The position numbers and the translations under genes were made by a program. A DNA stretch of 64,000 nucleotides from an uncultured Microbacterium sp. (GTDB lineage Bacteria > Actinomycetota > Actinomycetes > Actinomycetales > Microbacteriaceae), in contig CAZHIU010000001.1 in the NCBI GenBank assembly GCA_964532555.1, forward strand, positions 4,363 to 68,362. The letters run 5' to 3'. Below the pieces are notes generated by a model. It searched no databases and was not told where the DNA came from. It saw only the letters and a program-made list of their open reading frames with translations. Each line of letters begins with the position of its first letter. The first letter of the stretch is position 1. Below are positions 35,831 through 46,286 of this stretch, piece after piece.

Positions 35831-37231
35831 ATGAGTATCGGCTCAGAGATCAGTGTCTTGCAGCGGGTACGGGATCGCGCTATCCAATTGCGAGGGTATG
35901 CCCGGCATACGGTCGGTCATGCGCCAGCGAGGATCGCGATTTTGGTCTTCGCTGTCGCTACTGTCTTGTTCACGGGCTTACTCATGCTCCCGGTCGCGTC
36001 TGCGGATGGCGCCGGGTCCTCGCTCCCGGATGCAGTGTTCACGGCCGTGTCTGCGATTACGGTAACCGGTCTGACGACAGTTGATACTGGGGAGCACTGG
36101 TCGTTCTTCGGCCAGGTTGTAATCCTCGCCGCGATACAGACCGGCGCACTCGGGGTGGTGACGATCGCGCTACTGCTGGCCATGATGGTTACCCGCAAGC
36201 TCGGCGTCTCCAGTCGAGTGTTCGCGAAGGAGAGTATCGGCGCGAACGGCATCGGCAGCGTCGGGCAGCTCTTGAAAGTCGTGGTGGCTACCACATTTAT
36301 GATCGAGGGCATACTGGCCGCTTTCCTGGTTCCAGCATTCGTTGTCGCCGAAGGGGCATTCTGGCCGGGACTCTGGCACGGGGTATTCTACGCAATTTCC
36401 GCGTTCGGGAACGCGGGCTTCACACCTCACGTGGGCGGGCTGTCACCATTCGGCGATAATCCGTTTGTGCTCGTCCCGATCACGATTGGGGTGTTTGTTG
36501 GGAGTTTCGGCTTCCCCGTCTTCCTCAACCTCATCCGGGCGAAGTGGACTCGGCACAAGTGGTCGCTGCACACCAAGCTCACATTGATCACCACCACACT
36601 TTTACTCCTTCTCGGCGCGGCAGCGTGGGCGGGTTTCGAGTGGAACAATCCGGCAACCGTTGGCAACGAACCGTGGTGGCAGAAAATAGGCCTCGCATTC
36701 TTCGCCTCGACGATGCTGCGATCGGGCGGGTTCTCCGTCGTCGACATGGAATCCTCTACGGCCACGACGATGCTGCTCAGCGATGCGCTGATGTTCGTCG
36801 GGGGTGGCTCCGCCTCTACGGCCGGTGGGATTAAGGTCACTACCCTGGCGGTGCTATTCCTCGCGATTGTCGCTGAGGCAAAAGGTACGCGTCACACGAA
36901 TGCACTTGGGCGGCGCCTCCCGGATGGGGTGCTCCGTCTCGCAATCAGCGTGTTGTTCCTCGGCGCAACTCTAGTGTTAGTGGCGGCGGCTTTGCTGACA
37001 ATCGTCAGCGATGCGAAGCTCGATCGGATCCTCTTCGAGGTGATCTCTGCCTTTGCTACCTGTGGATTGTCGGTCGGGATCTCCGCCGAGGTCGGTGCGT
37101 TCGGCAAGTACGTCCTTTCTGCGCTCATGCTCATGGGCCGCGTAGGTCCGATAGTGCTCGCCTCAGCGCTTGCGGTCCGGCAGCGAAAGGAACTCTACGC
37201 ATACCCTACCGAGCGCCCGATCATCGGATAG
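35831..37231 (+). CDS. TrkH/KtrB potassium uptake membrane subunit
   Basis: SAITVTGL, SAFGNAGF, RSGGF, STAGGIK, SAFATCGLS pore motifs; start 35807 or 35831. Confidence 0.9.
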   Translation: MSIGSEISVLQRVRDRAIQLRGYARHTVGHAPARIAILVFAVATVLFTGLLMLPVASADGAGSSLPDAVFTAVSAITVTGLTTVDTGEHWSFFGQVVILAAIQTGALGVVTIALLLAMMVTRKLGVSSRVFAKESIGANGIGSVGQLLKVVVATTFMIEGILAAFLVPAFVVAEGAFWPGLWHGVFYAISAFGNAGFTPHVGGLSPFGDNPFVLVPITIGVFVGSFGFPVFLNLIRAKWTRHKWSLHTKLTLITTTLLLLLGAAAWAGFEWNNPATVGNEPWWQKIGLAFFASTMLRSGGFSVVDMESSTATTMLLSDALMFVGGGSASTAGGIKVTTLAVLFLAIVAEAKGTRHTNALGRRLPDGVLRLAISVLFLGATLVLVAAALLTIVSDAKLDRILFEVISAFATCGLSVGISAEVGAFGKYVLSALMLMGRVGPIVLASALAVRQRKELYAYPTERPIIG

Positions 37232-37257
37232 CCATCTGAGAAGAGAAGGAAGTTTCC

Positions 37258-37953
37258 ATGCCCAAGAGCCACCACTCAACCGGTCCAATGCACCGAATCG
37301 CGCAGGCGGATTCCGTCGCGGTGATCGGTCTCGGCCGGTTCGGATCCTCACTCGCACTCGAACTCATGGACACCGGCACCGAAGTTCTCGGCATTGACCT
37401 CGACGACTCTATCGTCCAGAGTATGAGCGCACGCCTCACCCAAGCGGTGCGGGCAGACTCCACGAAACACGACGTACTTCAGGAGCTTGGTATCGGCGCA
37501 TTCGACCGGGTCGTGGTCGCCGTTGGCTCGGATATCAAGGTCTCCATCTTGACCGCCTCACTACTGCTACGGCTCAATGTGCCGGTGGTGTGGGCAAAAG
37601 CCGATGATGAGCAGCACGCCCTCATCCTCGAACAACTCGGGGTGCATCGGGTCCTCTCCCCTGAGCGCGACATGGGCCGCCGAGTCGCCCATCTCGTGCG
37701 CGGGGCTGCAGCGGACTACGTCGAAATCGACCCAGGCTATGCAATGGTGAAAACCGACGCTCCCGCGGCACTGCATGGCGTGACCCTCAGTGAGACCGGT
37801 CTACGCACGACCCATCAGGTCACGGTCGCCGCCTACCGCACTCCTGGGGAGAATTGGCGTAACGCTGAGGCCAACACGATCCTGAATGCGGGTGACACGA
37901 TGCTCGTCGTCGGCCCGACGAACCGCGTAGAAGCATTCGCCCAATTACGTTGA
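37258..37953 (+). CDS. TrkA/KtrA regulatory subunit
   Basis: VIGLGRFG Rossmann RCK_N plus RCK_C domain. Confidence 0.9.
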   Translation: MPKSHHSTGPMHRIAQADSVAVIGLGRFGSSLALELMDTGTEVLGIDLDDSIVQSMSARLTQAVRADSTKHDVLQELGIGAFDRVVVAVGSDIKVSILTASLLLRLNVPVVWAKADDEQHALILEQLGVHRVLSPERDMGRRVAHLVRGAAADYVEIDPGYAMVKTDAPAALHGVTLSETGLRTTHQVTVAAYRTPGENWRNAEANTILNAGDTMLVVGPTNRVEAFAQLR

Positions 37954-38032
37954 CGCCAGGCACCGGCCGCGATAGCGGAGCGGGGCGAGGACGTCATTTT
38001 GATTGGCAGCGTAGGTGCCCTCGCGCGAAGGG

Positions 38033-38857
38033 CTATCCGAGTACGTCTCGGCGGTAGAGCGCCCAGGCGGCGACACCAATACATACTGCCGTGAGACCCC
38101 AGAGTAGACCGAGGCCTGCCCAGTCGAACCCGCCTGACAGGGGGCTGTTGCCGAATGCCCAGTAGTAGGGCGAGAGGTTCCCTAGCCACTCCAGGTCCGT
38201 GTTTGTGCCGCCTGCGGCGTCGAGACCGTAGCCGAGCACGGCGATTCCTGCTCCGGCTCCGATCGCCCAGGATCGCCGCCCGGTGAGCGCGCCGACTGCA
38301 AGCGCGGTGACGCCGGAGAGCAGGCCCAGGCTCGACCAGGCGAGCGTGCCTGCGAGGAGGTTTATCGCGGTGAGGTCGAGTTCGGCGGGCGTGTTGAGGC
38401 CGAGGATCAGCAGGTATGCCGCGGCACCGAGGGCGAGCATCTTAATGATGAGAGCTGCGGCGCTTTCGAGCGCGTACTGGGTGCGTCCGACGGTGTGGGC
38501 GATGGTGAGTTCGAGACGCCCGGTCTCCTCGGTGCCCGCGATGAACGCCGCGCCCCAGGAGATACTGGCGATCGCCACGAGGACGAAGCCGAGCAGTCCG
38601 AAGAACGTTGCCTGCGTGTAGCCTGCGCCGCTGACGATTTGGTCGAAGCCGAGGGTGCTCATCAGCTCGACCGGCAGGTTGTTGATGAGCTGCGTGAGTT
38701 CGGGTGATTGCAGAGAAGGATACAGCGGCAGATACAGTCCGATGACGGCCGCGATGCCGAGTGACCAGCCGATCTGCCCGCGCCAGCCGTCGAGCAGGTT
38801 CCGGCGCAAAATCGGCGCGGCCGTCCAGGGAGTGTGGGCGAGTGTTGTAGTGGTCAT
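38033..38857 (-). CDS. ABC-2 type permease
   Basis: AGTEETGRLEL motif, LSPYYW, ~6 TM. Confidence 0.85.
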   Translation of the reverse strand: MTTTTLAHTPWTAAPILRRNLLDGWRGQIGWSLGIAAVIGLYLPLYPSLQSPELTQLINNLPVELMSTLGFDQIVSGAGYTQATFFGLLGFVLVAIASISWGAAFIAGTEETGRLELTIAHTVGRTQYALESAAALIIKMLALGAAAYLLILGLNTPAELDLTAINLLAGTLAWSSLGLLSGVTALAVGALTGRRSWAIGAGAGIAVLGYGLDAAGGTNTDLEWLGNLSPYYWAFGNSPLSGGFDWAGLGLLWGLTAVCIGVAAWALYRRDVLG

Positions 38858-39780
38858 GATGTGCGCTCCGTTCGCGCGTAGAGTTCGAGGATCGACTCTT
38901 CCAGGTCAGGTTCCTCGATCGTCAGGCCCTGCACGGTGAACCGTGCGAGGGCTTTGACGGCCGCATCGGCTTCGCCTCGGATGGTGGTGGTGACCCGTAC
39001 CAGTCCGCCCGAGGCGGTCGCTTGCGTGTCGAGGTCTTCGAGTACTGGCACCGTGGAGAGCGCGGTCGTCACGGCTTCGGTAGTCGTGTCGGCGAGCACG
39101 GCCCGTAGCCGAGAGACACGGGCGAGCCTGAGCGAGGACACATCACCCTTGGCCACGATTCTGCCCTCGGCGAGCACTGCGACATCATCGGCGGTGTGCT
39201 GGATCTCGCTGAGGATGTGCGAACTGAGCAGGATCGACTGGCCGGACTCGCGAGCCTCGCGAACCATCGCGACGAATTCGCGCTGCATCAGTGGGTCAAG
39301 TCCACTCGTCGGCTCGTCCAGGATCAACAGCTCAGGCTGGTGCATGAACGCCTGGATCAGGCCGAGCTTCTGCCGGTTTCCTTTCGACAAAGTTCGCACC
39401 GGGCGTTTCAGGTCAAGCTCCAGGCGTTCGGCCAACGCCTCAATCGTGCCGGGCTGGACTGGGCCGCTGATCTGCGCGAGGTGCCGCAAAAGCGTGCCGC
39501 CACGGATGCGCTCCGCCAGCTTCAACTCACCAGGAAGGTAGCCGATCCGACGCCGCAAGGCGGGGCCGGATCGGCGCGGAACCGAGCCCAGCACGGTCAA
39601 GTCACCTGCGCTGGGACGAATGATGTCCACCAGCATCCGAAGCACCGTCGTCTTACCCGCCCCGTTCGGCCCAACCAGGCCGAAGACCGAGCCCTGCTCG
39701 ACACTCAGGTCAATACCGTCCACCGCGAGGTGCGTGCCGTACATCTTCTGTAGCGCGCGTGTCTCGATCACTGCGGTCAC
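38854..39780 (-). CDS. ABC transporter ATPase (Rv1218c-like)
   Basis: GPNGAGKT, LSKGNRQK, DEPTSGLDP. Confidence 0.9.
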   Translation of the reverse strand: MTAVIETRALQKMYGTHLAVDGIDLSVEQGSVFGLVGPNGAGKTTVLRMLVDIIRPSAGDLTVLGSVPRRSGPALRRRIGYLPGELKLAERIRGGTLLRHLAQISGPVQPGTIEALAERLELDLKRPVRTLSKGNRQKLGLIQAFMHQPELLILDEPTSGLDPLMQREFVAMVREARESGQSILLSSHILSEIQHTADDVAVLAEGRIVAKGDVSSLRLARVSRLRAVLADTTTEAVTTALSTVPVLEDLDTQATASGGLVRVTTTIRGEADAAVKALARFTVQGLTIEEPDLEESILELYARTERTS

Positions 39781-40448
39781 GATGCATCCTTTCTGGTTTC
39801 TGTGCCCGGTTTGTCCTGCCCTGGCAGGGCGTTCCTCGCCGCGGCGAGGAGGTCGGTGTCGGCGTAGAGGCCGTAGGTGAAGATTTCAAGTGTCGGGAGG
39901 GTGAGCCGCGCCGCACCCTCGGCCGAGAACGGGTCGGTACCCAGCACGTTCGCGAAAAGGTCGCGCACGAGGAACTGTGCAACCCCGAAGACTGTCACTA
40001 ACAGGGCGGTGACATCGGGGTCGCTGGCGGGCTTGATGGAACCCGACTCGCGTCCCTGAGCCAGATTCTGCCTTGTGCTCGCCACGAGCCGGGCGAAGAG
40101 TTCGTCGCCTGCCTCACCAGGTTCGGCGAGGAGCCGGGTGAGGTAGTTGAACTTCGGCCCCGCGGCAGACGCCTCAGCCAGAAGCGTCTGCACCAAATCT
40201 GCCGACGGGGTATCAACCGACTCGAACCTTTCATCGAGCAACTTCGCGATCACATGCTCGTCACACACACGCCGCAACGCATCCTTCGAACCGTAGTGAT
40301 GGATTACCAGCCCGGGACTAACCCCGGCGACTTCTGCGATCGCCTTCACACTTGTCCCGCCAAAGCCCTGAGCCGCGAACAGCTCGATCGCTGCGTCGCG
40401 GATACGTGCACGCCCGGTGAGATCGGACGGCCCGGAAGCTGAATGCAT
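39777..40448 (-). CDS. TetR family regulator (Rv1219c/RaaS-like)
   Basis: RARIRDAAIELF...GVSPGLVIHHYGSK; C-terminal TLPTLEIFTYGL; heads an ABC operon. Confidence 0.85.
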   Translation of the reverse strand: MHSASGPSDLTGRARIRDAAIELFAAQGFGGTSVKAIAEVAGVSPGLVIHHYGSKDALRRVCDEHVIAKLLDERFESVDTPSADLVQTLLAEASAAGPKFNYLTRLLAEPGEAGDELFARLVASTRQNLAQGRESGSIKPASDPDVTALLVTVFGVAQFLVRDLFANVLGTDPFSAEGAARLTLPTLEIFTYGLYADTDLLAAARNALPGQDKPGTETRKDAS

Positions 40449-40476
40449 ATATAGAACACTAAATAGTCATTCAGTT

Positions 40477-40731
40477 TCAGTCAAGATCGCGCTGCGTTCC
40501 AAGAGGGAAGGGCACGCCGGCGCGTTCGCAGAGACGCCGGTACGCCCATGCCATGTAAACCGCGTAGCAGAGGATCGCGACCGCACCACCGACACCCGCG
40601 ACGGCGAAGACCACCAGCCACGACACCTGAGCGTCAAGGGCGAGCACCCCAGCCCCGACATAGCCCCAGGCAAACGGCCACCACGCCGAGTAGAAGACCG
40701 CATAAGCGCTCATCATGATCGGAAAGTACAT
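40477..40731 (-). pseudogene. Small hydrophobic ORF, probably the 3' remnant of a membrane-protein gene
   Basis: Two TM-like segments; 5' end coincides with the integrase truncation point. Confidence 0.4.
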
Positions 40732-41528
40732 ACGGCAAAGGACAGCCGCTCTCGGCCAACAGCGTCCACAAGGTACATGTCGTGCTGGGTGCGATCCTCG
40801 ACGCTGCTATAGACGACGGGCACCTGACGGTGAACCCGGCGAAGAAGAAGCGCACCGTGAAGCCCCCGAAGTCCAGCGAGGTGCGGGCGCAGAAACCCGA
40901 GATCGCGACCTGGACGGCCGAGCAGTTGCAGACCTTCCTCACCTGGAACCGCGACACCCTCGAAGACGAGCTGTTCCCGCTGTGGCGACTCATCGCCTAC
41001 ACAGGCATGCGCCGCTCAGAAGCACTCGCCCTCAAGTGGTCGGACATCAACGCGAAGACGATGCGGGTCAGCATCCGCCGCGCCGTCGATACCGACGACT
41101 GGACGAAGACGAAGACCACCAAGACCGGACAAGCCCGCGTCATCGACGTGGACGCCGAAACCCTCAAGGTGCTTGCTTCCTACAAGGTCACCCGCGCTGA
41201 GGTGTCGTTCGAGCTGGCGAAGGCCGACGCCTACGTCTTCGGAGACGACGACGGGAAGCTCCGCTCACCCGACGCAATGACCAGCCGGTGGGATCGCCGC
41301 CTCAAGTGGGCGACCGCGAAGCTCGACTCCCTGCACCGCGTCACGATCAAGGGCCTGCGTCACACCCACGCAACCCTGCTGCTGGAACTCGTGGAGCATC
41401 CCAAGGTCGTGCAGGAGCGGTTGGGGCACTCAACGATCACGACGACGATGAACATCTACTCCCACGTCACCCCAACCATGCAACGCTCGGCAGTAGACCG
41501 CTTCGCCGCCCACCTAGGCAAGGCTTAG
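40719..41528 (+). pseudogene. Tyrosine integrase, N-terminally truncated
   Basis: TGMRRSE, KGLRH, LGH, IYSH catalytic boxes; frame closed by TGA at 40716, so the arm-binding and most of the core-binding domain are missing. Confidence 0.85.
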
Positions 41529-41607
41529 CACTTTTTCTAGCACTTCCGACGCGAAAGACCCCCAACCCGGAGAACTAAATCCCAGGTCAGAGGCCATTTC
41601 ATTCGCG

Positions 41608-41692
41608 TGCGCGAGGGGGGACTTGAACCCCCACGCCCTATGCGGGCACTAGCACCTCAAGCTAGCGCGTCTACCTATTCCGCCACCCGCGC
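41608..41692 (-). tRNA. tRNA-Leu (GAG)
   Basis: GCGCGGG acceptor, CTAGC-TTGAGGT-GCTAG anticodon arm, long variable arm, GTTCAAGTC T-loop; CCA not encoded. Confidence 0.96.
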
Positions 41693-41849
41693 AGAGTGGT
41701 GTTCGGTGGTGACCCACCGACGATAGAGATTAGCACGTTCCGGTGGGTGCGCGCAGAAGGGAGGCTCCGGTATCCCACCCGCAGCGGGATAGAATCGCTT
41801 GCCGAATGATCACGCCCACCAACGGCATCACTTCTAGCGGAAGCACCTC

Positions 41850-42674
41850 ATGACCCTTATCGAAGCGCTCATCCTTGGCATCGTCCAGGGTCTGACCGAG
41901 TTCTTGCCGATCTCCTCCAGCGCGCATCTGCGCATTCTCGGGACAGTGCTGCCCTCGGCGAGCGACCCTGGTGCCGCCTTCACCGCCATCACACAGATCG
42001 GCACCGAAGCGGCCGTCGTGGTGTTCTTCTGGCGCGACATCGTGCGCATCATCACGCAGTGGGGTCGTTCGCTCGTCGGCAAAGCGCCACGCAACGACCC
42101 CGACGCGCGCATGGGCTGGCTGATCATCCTCGGTTCGATCCCCATCGTTGTGCTGGGTCTTCTCTTCCAAGACCAGATCGAAACCGTGTTCCGCTCGATG
42201 TGGGTTGTCGCGATCATGCTCATCGCCTTCGGTCTCCTTCTCGGCGTCGCCGACCATGTCGGCGCCAAACGTCGCAGGCTTGACCAGCTCACCGTGCCGC
42301 ACGGCATCGCCTACGGTTTCGCCCAGGCGATGGCACTCGTACCTGGCGTTTCCCGTTCGGGTGGCACGATCACGATGGGTCTCTTCCTCGGCTACGAACG
42401 CGCGGCCGCGGCGCGCTACGCCTTCCTGCTGGCCATTCCTGCCGTGTTCGGCAGCGGCTTCTACCAACTGGCCAAGAACTGGGGGGAAACCGCGCACTTC
42501 ACAATGACCGAGACCTTCGCGGCAACCGGTATCGCCTTCATCGTCGCTCTCGGGGTGATCGCCTTCTTCATGAAGTGGATCTCCACACGCAGCTTCTTGC
42601 CCTTTGTCATCTACCGTGTGCTCGTGGGCACGACCCTGATCGTGCTGCTCTCGACGGGTGTGATCGCGGCTTGA
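41850..42674 (+). CDS. uppP: Undecaprenyl-diphosphate phosphatase
   Basis: [14 protein letters not shown] and PGVSRSG motifs. Confidence 0.95.
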   Translation: MTLIEALILGIVQGLTEFLPISSSAHLRILGTVLPSASDPGAAFTAITQIGTEAAVVVFFWRDIVRIITQWGRSLVGKAPRNDPDARMGWLIILGSIPIVVLGLLFQDQIETVFRSMWVVAIMLIAFGLLLGVADHVGAKRRRLDQLTVPHGIAYGFAQAMALVPGVSRSGGTITMGLFLGYERAAAARYAFLLAIPAVFGSGFYQLAKNWGETAHFTMTETFAATGIAFIVALGVIAFFMKWISTRSFLPFVIYRVLVGTTLIVLLSTGVIAA

Positions 42675-42702
42675 GCCGCGGTGGTGCACGTGCGCGCGCG
42701 GT

Positions 42703-43551
42703 TCAGCGTCGAGCGTCGCCCGGCGTCTCGCCGCGGCGGCGCAGGTAGCTCTCGAACGCCTGCGCGATGGCATCACCGGACGCTTCGGGGGAGTCCCACG
42801 CGTCCCTGGCCCTTTCGAGCTCGCGAATGTATTCGGCCATATCCTCGTCTTCCGCAGCGGCGGCATCGATCGATGCCTCCCAGGCGACCGCGGCCGTGCT
42901 GAGCTCGCCCTGCGGGATGTCGATCTCGGTCACCGAGCACAGCCGCTCCAGCAGCGCAAGGGTGGCCTTGGGCGAAGGGGTCGCGGAGCCGACGTAGTGC
43001 GGCAGGCTCGCCCACAGGCTCGCGGTGGGGATGCCCGCGCTCTCGGCATAGTGGGAGAGCACGCTGATGATGCCCACCGGCCCCTCATAGAGCGGCTTGT
43101 CAAGCCGCAGCTGCTTTCGGGCCTCCTCGTTTTGGCTCGTCGCATAGATCGAGATGGGGCGGGTGTGCGGTACATCCGAGAGCATCGCGCCGAGGGTGAC
43201 GAAGCCTGTGACATCTTCGCGCAGGGCCGCATCCATGAACTCCCCGGCGAAAGCCTTCCATGCGCGGGCGGGCTCGGCGCCGGTCAGCAGCCAGAGGCGT
43301 TGCTCTGCATGGTCGGCGGCAGGACGCCAGAGTGTCGCCTCAGGCCAGCGCAGCTTTCTGCGGCCTGACGCGCTCGTCACAAGCGAAGGACGCGTGTACT
43401 GATAGTCGAAGTACAGCTCAGGGTCGATGCGATGGGCCACCTCGTAGTCACCGAGCGTTCGCAATTGCGCGATGACACTGCTGGCGGCATCCCCGGCGTC
43501 ATTCCACCCGTCAAAGGCGGCGATGACGATGCGATCACCGAGTAGGCCCAT
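42703..43551 (-). CDS. PAC2 (proteasome assembly chaperone-like) family protein
   Basis: AAFDGWNDAG, PHTRP, YEGPVG, PHYV, SPKA motifs. Confidence 0.88.
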   Translation of the reverse strand: MGLLGDRIVIAAFDGWNDAGDAASSVIAQLRTLGDYEVAHRIDPELYFDYQYTRPSLVTSASGRRKLRWPEATLWRPAADHAEQRLWLLTGAEPARAWKAFAGEFMDAALREDVTGFVTLGAMLSDVPHTRPISIYATSQNEEARKQLRLDKPLYEGPVGIISVLSHYAESAGIPTASLWASLPHYVGSATPSPKATLALLERLCSVTEIDIPQGELSTAAVAWEASIDAAAAEDEDMAEYIRELERARDAWDSPEASGDAIAQAFESYLRRRGETPGDARR

Positions 43552-43632
43552 CCTTGACGATCCTTTCTGCCTTACATCTCTCAGGCTAGTGCGCGAACGG
43601 CGTCCGTGGGCGCCAGCAGGTAGCCTTGAGCG

Positions 43633-44313
43633 GTGATGCGAATGCCCGACGCCGTTCTCTGGGACATGGACGGAACAATCGTCGACACCGAACCCTTCTG
43701 GATGGCTGCGGAGACGCGCCTGGTCGAATCTTTCGGGGGACAGTGGGGGCCGGAGCAGGGCCTCACGCTGGTCGGGCGCGGACTTGAGGATGCCGCTGGC
43801 GTGCTCCAGCAGGCCGGGGTGCAACTCGATATCGCCGATATCGTCGACACCCTCACCGATGAGGTGACCCGGATGCTGCACGCTCACACGCCGCCGTTGC
43901 GCGCCGGAGTGCTCGAGCTTCTCGCCTCACTTCGCGAATCGGGTGTGCCCACGGGACTTGTCACCATGTCGTTGCGGCGGATGGCTCACGCCGTCGTGGA
44001 AGCCCTCCAGCCCCATATCTTCGACGTGATCGTCTCCGGTGACAGCGCACGACAGCCGAAACCTCATCCCGACCCTTATCTGCAAGCCGCTGAGGCCCTT
44101 GGCGCGGACATCACCCGCTGCGTAGTCATCGAGGATTCCCCCGGTGGTGTGCGTGCGGGTGTAAGCGCGGGAGCGGTGACAATCGGCGTACCTCACCTTC
44201 TCGCGCTCGACGGGCTCGGTGCGCACGCGCTATGGCCGACCTTGGCGGGGCGGGACGCGAGGGCCTTCGCAGAGCTTCTGCACAGCGCGACGGTTGCGGG
44301 GGTGAAGCAATGA
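43633..44313 (+). CDS. HAD family phosphatase
   Basis: WDMDGT, KPHPDPY, IEDS. Confidence 0.9.
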   Translation: MMRMPDAVLWDMDGTIVDTEPFWMAAETRLVESFGGQWGPEQGLTLVGRGLEDAAGVLQQAGVQLDIADIVDTLTDEVTRMLHAHTPPLRAGVLELLASLRESGVPTGLVTMSLRRMAHAVVEALQPHIFDVIVSGDSARQPKPHPDPYLQAAEALGADITRCVVIEDSPGGVRAGVSAGAVTIGVPHLLALDGLGAHALWPTLAGRDARAFAELLHSATVAGVKQ

Positions 44314-45311
44314 ACAACACCGATCTTCCGCGTGGACCCTTCCGGGTCGGCGATCGCGTGCAGTTGACCGATCCGAAGGGCCGCCTGCACACGACGACCC
44401 TTCGGGCCGATGCAGAGTTGCACACCCACAAGGGTGTGCTGCGCCACGCCGACATCATCGGCTGCCCCGATGGCTCGGTCGTCACCAACAGCATGGGGCA
44501 GGAGTATCTGGCCCTTCGTCCGCTGCTGCGGGACTTCGCGATGTCGATGCCGCGGGGAGCGGCGATCGTCTATCCGAAGGATGCCGCGCAGATCGTGATG
44601 CAAGCCGATGTGTTCCCCGGGGCCGTCGTGGTCGAAGCCGGTGTCGGCTCGGGGGCGCTCTCGCTCGCGCTGCTGCGTGCGGTGGGTGAGGCCGGACGCC
44701 TGGTGTCGTTCGAGCGTCGCGAAGAGTTCGCGGATGTCGCGCGCGCAAACGTCGAGACCTTCTTCGGCGCCGTGCCGCCACGGTGGGAGCTCATCGTCGG
44801 CGATCTGGCCGAGTCGCTGCCCACGGCGTGCGCGCCGGGCAGTGTAGATCGGGTGGTCCTTGACCTGCTCGCGCCCTGGGAGTGCCTGGATGCCGCCGCA
44901 GAGGCACTCACTTCCGGGGGAGTGGTGATCTGTTATGTCGCCACGGCGACCCAACTCTCGCGCACAGCCGAGTTCATGAGGGGTTTGGGATGCTTCACCG
45001 AGCCCGAAGCATCCGAAACGCTCGTGCGAGGCTGGCATGTCGAGGGGCTGGCCGTGCGGCCGGATCACCGGATGGTGGCCCATACCGGATTTCTGCTGAC
45101 GGCCCGTCGCCTCGCGCCCGGCTCGCTTCGCCCTGCGGTGAAGCGGCGTGCATCCAAGAGCAGCTTCAGCGACGAGGACGTGCACCTGTGGACTCCCGGC
45201 GCGGTGGGTGACCGGGTCATCACCGACAAGAATCTGCGAAAGCGCGTCAGGGAGGCACAGCGCGCGGCCGAGGGGGTACGTGACGCCGGAGATGAGGGCC
45301 AAAACACATAG
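44310..45311 (+). CDS. trmI: tRNA (adenine-58-N1)-methyltransferase
   Basis: PRGAAIVYPKD, EAGVGSG, RPDHRMVAHTGFL. Confidence 0.92.
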   Translation: MNNTDLPRGPFRVGDRVQLTDPKGRLHTTTLRADAELHTHKGVLRHADIIGCPDGSVVTNSMGQEYLALRPLLRDFAMSMPRGAAIVYPKDAAQIVMQADVFPGAVVVEAGVGSGALSLALLRAVGEAGRLVSFERREEFADVARANVETFFGAVPPRWELIVGDLAESLPTACAPGSVDRVVLDLLAPWECLDAAAEALTSGGVVICYVATATQLSRTAEFMRGLGCFTEPEASETLVRGWHVEGLAVRPDHRMVAHTGFLLTARRLAPGSLRPAVKRRASKSSFSDEDVHLWTPGAVGDRVITDKNLRKRVREAQRAAEGVRDAGDEGQNT

Positions 45312-45320
45312 ACTTACGGG

Positions 45321-46286
45321 GTGCGTAAACTTCCCTCGACCCTCGTCGTTATGGGCCTGATGGCCGCGACACTGACCGCTTGCACGCCGTTGTTCGGGAT
45401 CGCAGAATGTGAGCGGCCCGCGCAGGGTGATGAGCTGAGTTCCTTGATCACGGTGAACGGCGCGGTCGGTGCCATGCCCACGATCGAGGCGTTCACCCCG
45501 ATTCGCTCGACGGCTCTGCGCACAAGCGACATCGTTCGCGGCGGGGGAACGGCACTGACGAGCACCGATCAGCTCATGGTGGTAGACATCTCCTTGTTCC
45601 GCGGTGAGAACGGTGAGCGCATCATCGGGACGCAATACGACGCGGACTTCGCCCGGGTCTCGAATATGGGCCACTGGTCAAGCCAGGCGCCGGGGCTGGG
45701 CAGCGCCTTGCAGTGCGCCACCGAAGGGTCTCGCATTATTGCCGTTCTCGGTCCCGAGCAGATCGGTGCGATAGCGCAGCAGGCGTTCGGTATCTCCGAG
45801 AGCGAAAGCGTCATTGCGGTTTACGATCTTCATCAGGTGTACCTCGCACGAGCAGAAGGCACCCGCGTATTCAACTCCGAGCGGGGACTTCCCTCGGTGG
45901 TACGTGCACCCGATGGGAGGCCGGGCATCGTCGTTCCCGGTTCTGACGCACCGACGACGCTCGTGACCCAGCTTCTTATCCAGGGTGATGGCGAAACGCT
46001 CAGCGAGGACACGGCATTCCGGGCGCACTACACCGGAGTCACCTGGGCAGGGCGGGCCGTATTCGACAGTTCCTGGGGCGAGGCGACTCCGGCACGCTTT
46101 ACTCTCGACGGTCTGGTTCCGGGAGTGGCGGAGGCGCTGAAGGGCCAGAGAGTCGGTTCGCAGGTGCTCGTGGTCGTGCCGCCGGAGCTGGGATACGGCG
46201 ACACCCCGCGGCCACGGATCCCGGCCGGGTCCACGCTCGTGTTCGTGTTCGACATTCTCGGAGTCGAGGCGCCGCCGGCGCGATGA
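45321..46286 (+). CDS. FKBP-type peptidyl-prolyl isomerase lipoprotein
   Basis: LTAC lipobox; HYTG..W..FDSSW, VVPPELGYG, TLVFVFDIL. Confidence 0.9.
   Translation: MRKLPSTLVVMGLMAATLTACTPLFGIAECERPAQGDELSSLITVNGAVGAMPTIEAFTPIRSTALRTSDIVRGGGTALTSTDQLMVVDISLFRGENGERIIGTQYDADFARVSNMGHWSSQAPGLGSALQCATEGSRIIAVLGPEQIGAIAQQAFGISESESVIAVYDLHQVYLARAEGTRVFNSERGLPSVVRAPDGRPGIVVPGSDAPTTLVTQLLIQGDGETLSEDTAFRAHYTGVTWAGRAVFDSSWGEATPARFTLDGLVPGVAEALKGQRVGSQVLVVVPPELGYGDTPRPRIPAGSTLVFVFDILGVEAPPAR

Larger units (their letters stand above)
33421..41628. mobile_element. Genomic island integrated at tRNA-Leu (~8.2 kb), defective integrase
   Basis: Flanking 22-bp direct repeats, tyrosine integrase next to the tRNA, TAGCACTT doublets at both ends, cargo with visibly more A/T-ending codons. 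Confidence 0.9.
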
